From Octopus vulgaris (lineage: Eukaryota), in assembly GCA_951406725.2 (NCBI GenBank), contig OX597823.1, positions 38,750,001 to 38,814,000 on the forward strand: a stretch of 64,000 nt of DNA, written 5' to 3'. The position numbers and the translations under genes were made by a program. The notes under the pieces were generated by a model, which was not told the origin of the DNA, made no database searches, and was given only the letters and a program-made list of their open reading frames with translations. Positions 23,678-34,840 of this stretch are shown here, one piece after another. The stretch's first letter is position 1. Every line of letters starts with the position of its first letter.

Positions 23678-23774
23678 TATCTATCTATCTGTCAATATAT
23701 ATGTATATATATATGCATGCATGTGTGTTTTGGCATATATGCGTGACTGTGAAAATCTATGTGTATGCTGTGTA

Positions 23775-23818
<44 letters not shown>

Positions 23819-24047
23819 TACATATACATACACACACACATGTGCCTGCACGTGTGTTTATGTATTGTGCATAGCTGCTAGAAGAAAAGCTCTTCTTTGA
23901 CCAGAAAGGAGAAATGAATAATCTTTCAAAAATGATGGCATTTATTTACTTTTGAGATGTATGTGTATATGCATGTGGATGGATGGAGAGAGAAAAAGAG
24001 AGAGAGAGAAACATATACACATTTTGACATGTATATATATATATATA

Positions 24048-24358
24048 GTTGAAGTAGATAAATGAATTATCTTATTACGGATAATTCAAAAGATAACCGA
24101 TACCTGGGTAGCAAAATTCACAACAGAATAGACAGTTTGTATCATTAATTTCATGGGCTCCTCGTGAGCATTTGTCGAAAAGCTTGTTGTGCATTTTGTT
24201 GGAGAATTAAGTTCCTGGATTTTCCTGAAGAGAAAGCTGCAAAATGGACTCCTTATTCAATCGGAATTAGGGACTTTGCAGACTTCGAAACATATGTCGA
24301 AAATAAAATAAAGGAATTTTGTTAAATCTTCGTTCAGCTCCATTCTTTCCTATACTTA
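24048..24358 (+). mobile_element. ~310-bp non-coding hammerhead-containing element inserted in (TA)n (Penelope terminal-repeat / retrozyme-like)
   Basis: Complex, CpG-retaining sequence bounded by (TA)n at 24032-24047 and 24359-24374; contains a complete hammerhead motif. Confidence 0.7.
24219..24304 (+). ncRNA. Type I hammerhead ribozyme
   Basis: Stem I ATTTTC (24219-24224) / GAAAAT (24299-24304); core CTGAAGA (24225-24231); stem II GAA..CTGCAAA / TTTGCAG..TTC with an inner extension; GAAA (24287-24290); palindromic stem III ACATATGT; GUC cleavage triplet (24296-24298). Confidence 0.85.
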
Positions 24359-24764
24359 ATATATATATATATATTTCTGAGTGTAAGTGTGTGCATGTGT
24401 ACATGTACATACACACACACACATGTTTTTTCTACATCATCTAATTCAAATTCTTTGAGTTGTTAACTGAGGATGAAGATTTAACTTCAAACCTTTGTAA
24501 ACTATCTCCTCCCTTCCATCATTGGTTCCTTTTTTCATTTGTCTCAAGAATTACTTTGGTTTCGTTATTTATTTAGAGAGTTTGCAATTTTAGCAAACTT
24601 TGCTAAGCTACTATTTGTAGTTTTTATTTCAAGGAAATATAATTTGATATAAACACACACATTACACACAGGTTGCTCTCTAGTATGGCTTTCATCATAA
24701 TGGTTAGAATAAACTAAAGTACGCACACACACACACATATCATGGTACCAATATATATATATAT

Positions 24765-25021
24765 TGCTTAGGCATTGTAGAACTAATAAGCTAGTGCAGA
24801 ACACAATGTACATATGCTTCAGAGCAAAATGTAAGTCATGTACAGAGTAGCAATTGGAAGACAACCTCCAAATAAATTGCACTTTATATTCAAAACTCCA
24901 ACGAAGATATAAGGTGTTATTCAAGCACACACGAGTCGACTGCTATCTTATAGCAGAAACAGCTGTAAGCTAATGGAGTTCAGAAGATAATTGTTTATTC
25001 CTCTGTTATCTTATTATCTCT
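24765..25021 (+). mobile_element. Second (TA)n-inserted element with degenerate hammerhead
   Basis: CCAACGA (24898-24904, decayed CTGACGA?) - TATAAG...CTTATA stem - GAAAC AGCT GTA (24956-24967), with palindromic ACAGCTGT. Confidence 0.5.
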
Positions 25022-25038
25022 TATATGTATACATAAGA

Positions 25039-25436
25039 GGCACAGGTGTGGCTATGTAGTAAGAAGATTGCTTCCCAACCACATGGTTCTGGGTTCAGTC
25101 CCCACTGCATGGCACCTTGGGCAAGTGTTTTCTGTTATAGCCTAAGGCTGACCAAAGCCTTGTGAGAGGATTTGATAGAAGGAAACTGAAAGAAACCCAT
25201 CGTATATATGTATATATATGTATATGCTTGTGTGTCTGTGTTTGTTCCCTCACCATCGCTTGACAACCAATGTTGGTGTGTTTATGTCCCTGTTAGCTAG
25301 CATTTCGGCAAAAAGAGACCAATAGAATAAGTACAAGGCTTACAAAGAATAAGTCCTAGGTTCGATTTCTTTGACTAAAGGTGGTGCTCCAGCATGGCCA
25401 CAGTCAAATGACTGAAACAAGTAAAAGAATAAAAGA
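25039..25436 (+). mobile_element. SINE family A full-length
   Basis: Complete head, central (TA)/(TG) tract and GTAAAAGAATAAAAGAA tail. Confidence 0.9.
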
Positions 25437-25499
25437 ATATATATATTCTGTGATTATTTGGTAGGTGGTATCGAATTTTAATATTTGTAAAAAATAAAA

Positions 25500-25670
25500 A
25501 TAATGGTTTCAAATTTTGCCACAAGGGCACCCATTTTGGGGGAAGAAATGAATCAATTACATCGACCCCAGTGCTCAAGTGCTACTTATTTTATCGACTC
25601 TGAAAGGATGAAAGGCAAAGTTGACCTTGGCAGAATTTAAACTCAGATTGGAGGGATGGGCAAAATACCG
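25500..25670 (-). mobile_element. SINE family B (minus strand)
   Basis: Reverse complement of the core: TACTTATTTTATCGACTCTGAAAGGATGAAAGGCAAAGTTGACC. Confidence 0.8.
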
Positions 25671-25818
25671 ATTATTTCTAAACTTCTAAACCCAATTTTT
25701 TTTCTGTCAAGGGCTTATATGCCCCAATATTAGACTATTTAACTTAGTCAATGCATGGTGATCGGTTATAAACTTTAAGCTTGTAAAGAAATTTTATATA
25801 TATATATATATATATAAA

Positions 25819-26210
25819 CGCAGGTGTGGCTGTGTGGTAAGAAGCTTGCTTCCTAATCACATGGTTCTGGGTTCAGTCCCACTGCATGGCACCTTGAGGA
25901 AATGCCTTCTACTATAGTCTCGGGTTGACCAAAGCCTTGTGAGTGGATTTGGGAGAGAGAAACTGGAAGAAGCCCGTTGTAAATATATATATATATATAT
26001 ATATATGCATATATTCGTGTGTCTCCAAAGCTGGTGTGTTTATGTTTCTGTAACTTAGCAGTTTGGCAAAAGTGTTTAATAGAATAAGTACTAGGCTTAC
26101 AAAAAATAAGGCCAGGGGTTGATTTCTTCAACTAATATCCTTTAAGGTGGTGCTCCAGCATGGTCACAGTCAAATGACTTAAGCAAGTAAAAGAATAAAA
26201 GAATAAAAAA
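25819..26210 (+). mobile_element. SINE family A full-length, directly after (TA)n
   Basis: Same head, core and tail as the other copies. Confidence 0.9.
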
Positions 26211-26427
26211 GATATATATAAATTGAGGGGAATAATATAATCTTGGCTATCACCTCATTAACACATCATACCAGATCCTGGCCAGCATAGTATTACAAAA
26301 TTAAAATAGAGATCTATAAAACATTGATTGGTATAATTGAGTGCATTATACAACTCCAAGGTAACGTCCAGTAGACTTAAAATAAGCAGAGTGAATGATA
26401 AAAGTAATAATTGAGATGGGGAAAGGA

Positions 26428-26980
26428 GGAGTTAAATTGACATTACAATTATTTCCATGAACAAACATTACTTTTATTCCATATCTCATACAGTGTTATG
26501 CAATTCATACAATGTTAGAATACATACCATAACATATGGAAATATGTAATGATTCTATAATCCATTTACTTCTTCAAAAGTCATGATTTGAAGGCACCAT
26601 CGACCAAATGAATGTTTCGGAATTAGTTCATTTGGGCATGTCACTATGTAAATAGAATGAATACTTATAGATAGCTTTCATTTGATATTTCCTCTAGGTT
26701 TTAAGACAATAAATCTTAAAAAAAGTAAGTCAAAATAAAGTTTTAAAAAACCCACTGGAATTCATCTTATAGAATAAAGCATTAACCACAGAAAAACCAT
26801 CAGCCATTAAATGGCATTTGGTTGATAGTGCCTTCAAATCATGACATCTGAGGAAGCTAATGGACTTTAGAATTATTACATATTTCCATATATTATAGCA
26901 TGTATTCCATAACATTGTATGAGATATGGAATAAAGATATTGTTCATTTATGGAAATGATTGTAACATCAATTTGACTTC
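26428..26980. repeat. Long inverted repeat / foldback (arms 26428-26610 and 26815-26980)
   Basis: The reverse complement of the right arm aligns along the whole left arm (e.g. TTTATTCCATATCTCATACA, ATATGGAAATATGTAAT, GTCATGATTTGAAGGCAC); spacer ~200 bp. Confidence 0.9.
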
Positions 26981-27063
26981 TTTTTCCTCTCTCTCTCTCT
27001 CTCTCTCTCTATGTATTTGTATATATGTACACATACATGTATATCCGTGTGTGTATGTGTATG

Positions 27064-27101
<38 letters not shown>

Positions 27102-28299
27102 TGCATATAAATATATATCTGTAGCATGTGTGTGTGTGTGCACATGCAGGTGTGTGGATATGTATGTGTCAATAAAAAATATTTCGTTATTAGCAAAGTG
27201 AAGCTCTTCAGGAATGATAAAAACAACAATAAAAATTCACTAAAAATATACTGAATGTCATGAAAATTCTGGATAATGATATAAAAAAAACATCGACTTG
27301 TATTACATAATGGTTGTGATGGTGGTGGTGGTGGTAGTTGTTGTAGTTGTTTGTTGATGAGTGTCAGTGCAGCAGTTATTTCTCTACCTGTATTGATGTT
27401 CTTGTTGTTGGTGTATTTTTCTACATTTCTTAGTGTTGCAGTTTCTGATGCACTTTTCAACTGCTGCAGCTGCTGTTGTTGTTGTTGTTGTTGTTAATGC
27501 ATAACTGTTGTTGTTGTTGTAGTAGTAGTTAATAGTGCACCATTATTGTCATTGTTGTTGTTGTTGTTGTTGTTGCTATTGTTGTAATTGTTTCTGAAGA
27601 ACATTTTTCTTTTGATCTGTCTTGGATCAGTTATGGTTTATTCCAGAACATGAATTCTAAACCTTTAAAAACTCCCTCCCCATCATCAACCCCAGAAAAA
27701 ATATAAAAGAAGATTAAGTATAAAAAAGAAGACAGACTCTGAGACACACACAAACATGCATGCACACACACATACACAGACACACACAAACACAGGCAGA
27801 TACATGCACATATACACACATCAACATTCCCATCCAGCTTAGTTTGCATACATGTTCACTGAAATAAAAGTACATAAATAAATAAATAAAAATTCAGATA
27901 ATATTAGCAAAGAATTTATTTGTTCATAAGCAATGGTACATGTTGGATTAATAAGTGTTACTCACTAGAATGGAGACAGCTCTAGAATTCCTGAATATAA
28001 TTAACATAAAAGAAGAAGAACAACAACAAATTTTATTCATCCTTAAAATCTACGTTTGTTAAACCCTTGATGAAATTGGTTTAATGGTTTCCACCCTAAA
28101 TTCAGTCATTCTTATCCTACGTCATCATTTTGTTAAGGTTCTAATTTAATTGCTATAAGGTTGCATGTTACTTATCACTAAAACCACCTTTTTGATAAAA
28201 AAAAGGGGAGTATGAATTCTTTTCCCATTCTATTTGTTGAGTCAGGTGGAAGGGAGAGAGTACTCACTATCTATGTAGGATGTTCTCTTTAAACCATTG

Positions 28300-28676
28300 C
28301 AAGTCAACACCTGTGGGAAAGAAACAAGCAGGTAGAAGATTCCATAGGGATGATGTTCTGAAGAGGACATACTGAGTGTAGTGGTGAGTGCAATGAGGTG
28401 AGGGATTCAACAAGGGTGATTGGAGAAGGAAAGACAAGTTGGTTGATGATGTCTAAGTAATGAAGATAGGAGATGAAACAAGCTATTGAAGAACAGAGGC
28501 TATAATAGTAGTAGTAGAAAAGACAGAGAAAGGAGATAGTACATCTGTGGGCCAGAGGCTGGAGTGTGTCCATAAGTGATTGAAAGCCAATCAGTCAAGT
28601 GGTCATGAGAACAGTTCACCATTGTGGACATTCCTTGAGCCTTGTACAGAAGCAGCAACTGCTGTGAGTTGAAATA
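28300..28676 (-). mobile_element. CR1/Jockey-type LINE C-terminal remnant
   Basis: YFNSQQLLLLYKAQ and TLQPLAHRCTISFLCLFYYYYYSLCSS; continues as RCTK beyond the mariner insertion (from 29591). Confidence 0.7.
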
Positions 28677-29588
28677 TTGGATCATCCCATAAATAATGCA
28701 GTTTTTTTATACTTTTATTTTTCAAAATTAAGATAAAGTTCTTTTTAATCTAAAATATACTCTCCCTTTTCTACAATGCTCTTGCATCTATCTGGTAGAC
28801 TTGCAAGGCTCCTCTTTCAAGACTCACTTGTCCGTGATGAAAAATACTCCTCCAGTACTGTTCTGACCTCATCTACAAAATTCATATCTATTCCATCCAA
28901 ATGATTTCAAAGACTGCAGAATAAATGATAATCAGATGGGGCAATGTCCAGTGAATATGGCGGGTGGGGTACCGTTTCCCATTTAAACTGTTCAAGCCTT
29001 TGGAATGTCATCCATGTTGTATGTGGCTGAGTATTATCCTGATGGAAGAATGCGTTTTGTCTTGAAACCAAAGATAGTCGTTTTTCTTCTAGCACTGGCT
29101 TGAATAACTGGTTGAATGACCAAATCCAGGCTTCTCTGCTAGTTCCACAACAGTTATGATGGGATTTTGTTCCACCAGGGTTTACAGGATGTCCTCGTCA
29201 AGCTCAACAGATCTTCCAGGACAAGGCTTGTCTTCTAGGCTGTAGTTTCCGGCTCGGAATTTCTGGAACCACAGTTGACACTGGCTTACACTTCTTGTCT
29301 GATCTCCATACACTGCATTAATATTCCTTGCACTTTTCATCGTGTTGTTGCTTTTATTGAACTCATAAAGCAAAATATGCCAAATATACTCCTTTGTCAC
29401 TTCCATTATAGCATTGAAAAAATATGTTAAAATCGAACTGTACTCATCAAAACTTGCACTAAAAATAAGTACAAGGTAAAATTACTATCTGCTTTTATAG
29501 CAAGTTAATGCAGGTAGTTTATCCCATCCCCCTCTGATTTTTAGTTCATGAAATTGAAAAAAATTGCATTATTTATGGGATGACCCAA
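28677..29588 (-). mobile_element. Internally deleted mariner (DD34D type), 912 bp
   Basis: TA at 28675-28676 and 29589-29590; TIR TTGGATCATCCCATAAATAATGC / GCATTATTTATGGGATGACCCAA; HTH MEVTKEYIWHILLYEF...WFQKFRAG; HQDNTQPH...HPPYSLDIAPSDYHLF. Confidence 0.95.
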
Positions 29589-30859
29589 TATTTTGTACAC
29601 CTTTTCTAACATTAGCTAAATAATTCTCATCAAAAGAATTTAAGTACCAAGTGTAATGAACTGGCAGAGTCCTTGAAGGAAAAATTTCAAAATATTTGAT
29701 GAGCTATTCAGATGGCTAGCTAGAGACTGCAGGTTACTGAGGTGATATAATTCATAGTGGAAGTAATTAGAGTGATAATAGGACAGTTTAAGTATGGAAA
29801 TGGTAGAAGAAATTGAAGAATCTTACAATAATTCTGCTTGTCACAGAACTTATGGGATGACCTGATATATATATATATATATATATATGTGGTTGTGTGT
29901 ATATATATATACACACACACACACACTAACTACAAAAATTTGCTGATAGTGCATCAGTATCCTACATTAGAACGTTGCACACATGATACAGTGCTCCTAC
30001 TACTAGCATACGTTCATTTTTCAAATCATATTCTCAGTCTGTTAGTCAAACTTTTCATCACCAACTTTAAACTATTGAGTCGCTCATAAGTTTTGTCCTC
30101 AGCCCCCCTCTCTCTTTCTCTCTCTCTGATCATTGAACCATTGCTTTAATGGTTAGTACTCACTACCTGTATACCACATTTAAATTAACTACCTACCTTC
30201 ATCTCACTGACCCTAATATGACTCATACTACAGATACTCACCACTGCCACCCCACACAAAATATTTTATCCAGCCCATCTGTTCCTCACAAGAACTCTGT
30301 CTACTCAACAATTATTTCACTTATCCATGCATTTTCTCTTCAATAAAGAATTTCAAAAGTTAATTCTGAAATACTCTCACCTTAAACAGCTCCCATCCTC
30401 CAAACTAAGAACACATGGAATGGTTATGGGCACCGTTGCACCTCTTGACTAGTGTGTGCATGTGTGTGTGTGTAACATCCTCTTTAAGTACTGCTGCAGA
30501 TGTCTAAGAAGTATTAGTAATACCACAGATTACATTCTAAAAGTTATTCTGTTTGATATAATTAGTGATGACTGTGCTAACCCTGAACTGTTTATCAAGA
30601 ACTACTTCCTTCTTGCTTTGAGAAGTTTCTTCCAATTAAATTAAATTTTCATTTCTTGTTTTAGTCAGACTATAACAGTATAGTAAGTACATAGTATAGT
30701 AATTGTTTAGGTACAGATTGTAACAGTATAGTATATAATATAGTAAGTATATAGATTAGTAATTATATAACAATATAATACATAGCATAGTATAACAATA
30801 TAGTACATAGCATAGTAACTGCACAGATACAGGGTGTAATACAATAGTATAACATATAG

Positions 30860-31090
30860 AATCGTTAGCTGGCAGAATCGTTAGCACGCCGGACGAAATG
30901 CTTAGCAGTATTTCGTCTGCCGCTACGTTATGAGTTCAAATTCCGCCGAGGTCGACTTTGCCTTTCATCCTTTCGGGGTCAATAAATTAAGTACCAGTTA
31001 CGCACTGGGGTCGATGTAATCGACTTAATATCTATGTCTGTCCTTGTTCGTCCCGTCTATGTTTAGCCCCTTGTGGGCAATAAAGAAATA
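30860..31090 (+). mobile_element. SINE family B, young copy with 14-bp TSD
   Basis: AGTATAACATATAG at 30846-30859 and 31091-31104; B-box-like GAGTTCAAATTCC; central GCCTTTCATCCTTTCGGGGTC..TAAGTACCAG resembles the Meta/Sauria-type SINE core; CpG-rich. Confidence 0.92.
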
Positions 31091-31769
31091 AGTATAACAT
31101 ATAGTAATAGTATAGATAGTCACTATACCAGTATAGCACATAATGTAGAAACTGCATAGACTATAACAGAATAAAATGAAATATAGCAACAAAATAATAA
31201 CAGTGTAGACACATCAAACAACAGTATAGCACATAGTGAGACATGTAGCTTAATGGTTATGGTGTAACACTTAAGATCAAAAGAATATGGTTTCAATTCC
31301 TGGACTAGGCAATGCATAGTGTTCTTGAGCAAAACACTTCATTTCCTGTTGCTCTAGTTCACTCAGCTGGCAGAAATGAGTGACAGACGAGGGTGAATAT
31401 ATATGCTATTGAATATGAGAGACTGGGTTTATGAGCCTATGGCTCAGGAAGGCCCTTTGATTCTCTTTCTTTTTGTTATAGCAACAACATAGATAAAGAT
31501 TGTAACAAAGTAGAATAACATATAGCAACAATATAGCAGTATAGGTACATATTACAGTAGAGATACAGACTATAACAATAAACTCAACTGAGAAATGCTT
31601 TGATAAAATACTTTGGATATATTTGACTCTTTGGTCATTTGAAATTCAAATAAGACTCCAGCAAATATGCTTGTCTCTCTCTCTCTCTCTCTCTTTTATT
31701 TTCATTTAAAAAAAATTTTTCTTGATTTTTATTTTGCCATTTGCCATGGCAGTGTCATTCTGTAAAGAG

Positions 31770-31810
<41 letters not shown>

Positions 31811-32645
31811 GAGAATGTCAGAGCAACTAGACAGCAAGATGTACACCAAAAGCAGACATTCCTTAAATTTGCTGGGAGATGTTTTGGGGAATGTTCGATG
31901 CAAAAAAAAAAAAAAGAAGAAGAAGAAAAGAAGAAACCCTAACAGAAGCTGTAGACCATGGAAACAGTATTTATTTCCTTTCGAAAGACAGCAATAGGAT
32001 TAACAACTGGTAGAAAAATAAATAAGGTAGAAAAATGCAGAGGAGAAACAAATAGGAGAAGCAAGGGTGGTGGTAATGGAGATGGTGGTGGAGGAGGCGG
32101 ACTCAGTGAAATCAAATTATACCATTCTTTCTGAAAATTCTGAGAGGGATGGGTGATGGTAGTGGTGGTGATAGTATACTTCTATTTAAAGCAGTTCACT
32201 AGCAATAAAGATGAGGTAGTATGTATGTACCAGGATTGGGGTATACCACCTCCTCTTCCTCCTCCCCCTCTGCTCATGCAACTTCCACCGTCTCTTCCCC
32301 CAATTCCATCAATGAAATTTAAATCCTGTTTTCCTCAAATAATCCCGGCCCTTTTATGCTATGGTCCTGGGTTTTCAAATAGGAAGGGTTTTGTTAAGGC
32401 GCAGCATCATGTTTTTTCATCACCATCATTTTAGCATCCACTTTCCCATGATCAGACAAGAGTTTACGGAGGCAGATTTTCTATGCCCAGATGCCCTTCC
32501 TGCATCCAGCCGTCACCTGTTTCCAAACATGTTAATATTTCTCCATATGCAGATATGTTTTTGCAGGCTACTGGAAATGAATGACACTGCCTTTATAACA
32601 GTGACACTCATATAACTATCACATGATATCAAAACAAGGACACAC

Positions 32646-32702
<57 letters not shown>

Positions 32703-32940
32703 TATATATAATAGATCAGGAAGGGTCATGGAATCATGAAGGTGCACATACTGTTGGCTTTTGAATGTTTCTGAGTGTTGTGATTCTTGAATTCACCATA
32801 TGAAAATGTTTTTTCTAAAAAAGGTAATGTCTCCATTAATCAATCAAAAATAATTCAAAGGAAACAGCTATAGTGGATTGACACATCATCCATCTGTTGT
32901 TATTTGTGTGTGTGTATGTGTGTGTGTGCTTGTATGTATG

Positions 32941-32970
<30 letters not shown>

Positions 32971-32971
<1 letters not shown>

Positions 32972-33300
32972 CGCATGGCTCAGTGGTTAGAGCGTCGAGC
33001 TTACGATCGTGAGGTTGTGAGCTCGAATCCCAGACCGGGCTGCGTGTTGTGTTCTTGAGCAAGGCACTTTATTTCACGTTGCTCCAGTTCACTCCGCTGT
33101 AGAAATGAGTTGCGACGTCACAGGTGCCAAGCTGTATCGGCCCCTTTGCCTTTCCCTTGGATAACATCGGTGACGTGGAGAGGGGAGGCCGGTATGCATG
33201 GGCGACTGCTGGTCTTCCATAAACAACCTTGCCCAGACTTGTGCCTCAGAGGGTTACTCTCTAGGTGCAAACCCATGGTCACTCATGACCGAAGGGGGTC
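32971..33300 (+). mobile_element. tRNA-derived SINE family C, young copy in (TA)n
   Basis: A-box TGGCTCAGTGG and B-box-like GCTCGAATCCC; CpG-rich; the tail CATGACCGAAGGGGGTC also occurs inverted near 12228-12258; head fragments at ~7680-7795, 31240-31380, 48150-48250 and 62020-62130. Confidence 0.9.
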
Positions 33301-33317
33301 AGAAAAAAAAAAAATAT

Positions 33318-33352
<35 letters not shown>

Positions 33353-33432
33353 AAAGAAAATTAAGAAAATAGAGCTATAGCATTTAATAAAAATTTATCT
33401 GCAAAAATCCAACATTATATATATATATATAT

Positions 33433-34020
33433 ATGGCTGGTGCAAAGGTGATGGCTGATTTTAAGGTCTCTATTAAAATTGAAAAAGCCCATGATTAAGA
33501 CAATATTTATCTGTTAACATAATTTCCATTGCTTTCTAGAACTTAATTCCATCTGTCAACAAGCTTATAAATGCCACACTTGGAAAATCATTTGGGTTTT
33601 GATGTGAAATATGAATCCAACTCACTTTCAAACTCTTCTCTTGATGTCAACCTAAGACTATTCAAATGGTTCTGTAGTCTCCAAAACAAGTGATAATCAG
33701 AAGGATTATCAGAAGATCTGGAGAATATAGAGGATGAAGCAATATTTCCCAACCAAACTCTTTCAAAAGATCTTTAGTCAATCAAGCTGTGTGAGGACGA
33801 ACATCATATTGGAAGATGACACTCTTTCTATTGACTAAGCAGGGTCGCTTTCTGTTCAAAGCAGCTTTCAAACAATGAAGTTGATCACAGTAGAGATTAG
33901 CAGTACTTGTTTGATTGTTGTCTAACAGTTCATAATGGACAATTCCTTCAATATCCCACCATACACTCAACATGACCTTCTTTGGATGAAGTTCTCCACT
34001 TGGTTGTTGAACAAGTCTTC
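33433..34020 (-). mobile_element. Mariner 3' half (Hsmar1-like TIR)
   Basis: TIR-like TGGCTGGTGCAAAGGTGATGGCTGATTTT after (TA)n; LHPKKVMLSVWWDIEGIVHYELL...RPHTA and YSPDL...SDYHLF. Confidence 0.88.
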
Positions 34021-34437
34021 CTCCCTGAATGATCCACGATCGGCAGCATTTGATGTAGGCCTTTGTGTTCAGTCTGATACAGTGTGGGAAGATGAATGGA
34101 GGCATAATGTTGCCATCACTAGTGATCACTCCAAACACCGTCATGTTGACTGGATGTTTGATTTTTATCACTCTCGGTACATGTCCTCAAACTGCACTGT
34201 TCTCAGATTGGCACCCAAACACTCTGAAATGTTTGCATTGGAGCTTCCAGCATGAATGCGAAACAGTACAGCATGTCGTTTCCAAATTTATGGCAGAGTG
34301 AATTGTGTTATGGTGCTGTTTTTCTCACAGATGGTGCCCAACTGACCCTACCATACTGTGTAGTCAACAAAACCAAAAACAACAATGTGCATGCTCAAAA
34401 TTGAAAATATAAAATGGCAACAATATATCCAACACAC

Positions 34438-34441
<4 letters not shown>
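34021..34441 (-). mobile_element. maT-like transposon 5' portion, deleted
   Basis: KHPVNMTVFGVITSDGNIMPPFIFPHCIRLNTKAYIKC; TIR-like end near 34420-34441. Confidence 0.7.
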
Positions 34442-34516
<75 letters not shown>

Positions 34517-34761
34517 ATGTGTGTCTTTCCATTTCTGTCTACCAAAAGCCACTGTACAAGGCTCTGATCTGCCAGGGACTATAGTAGGAGACACTTGTCC
34601 AAGGAGCTACACAGTAGGACTAAACTTAAAACCATGTGGTTGGGAGGTGTACTTCTAAACCACACAGCCATGCCTGCCCCTATCTGTAGAATTAATGAGA
34701 AATAACAGAGAAATTTTTCTGAAGAAGATTCATTTATACATACATACATACATACATACAT

Positions 34762-34840
<79 letters not shown>

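Noticed and set aside
26948-27460. 170-aa minus-strand ORF with poly-Q/P and ER repeats
   Set aside because: Built from (GTT)n, (GGT)n, (CA)n and (CT)n microsatellites.
29843-29866. Lone mariner-like TIR (ACAGAACTTATGGGATGACCTGATA)
   Set aside because: No partner end or coding remnant nearby; it could not be delimited as an element.
32800-32880. GAAACAGCTATA hammerhead-like 3' half in a TA-flanked insert
   Set aside because: No CUGANGA box or convincing stem II upstream; too degenerate to call.
32971-33045. tRNA-like sequence
   Set aside because: It is the head of SINE family C and continues into the SINE body; the acceptor stem is not convincing, so it is not called as a tRNA gene.
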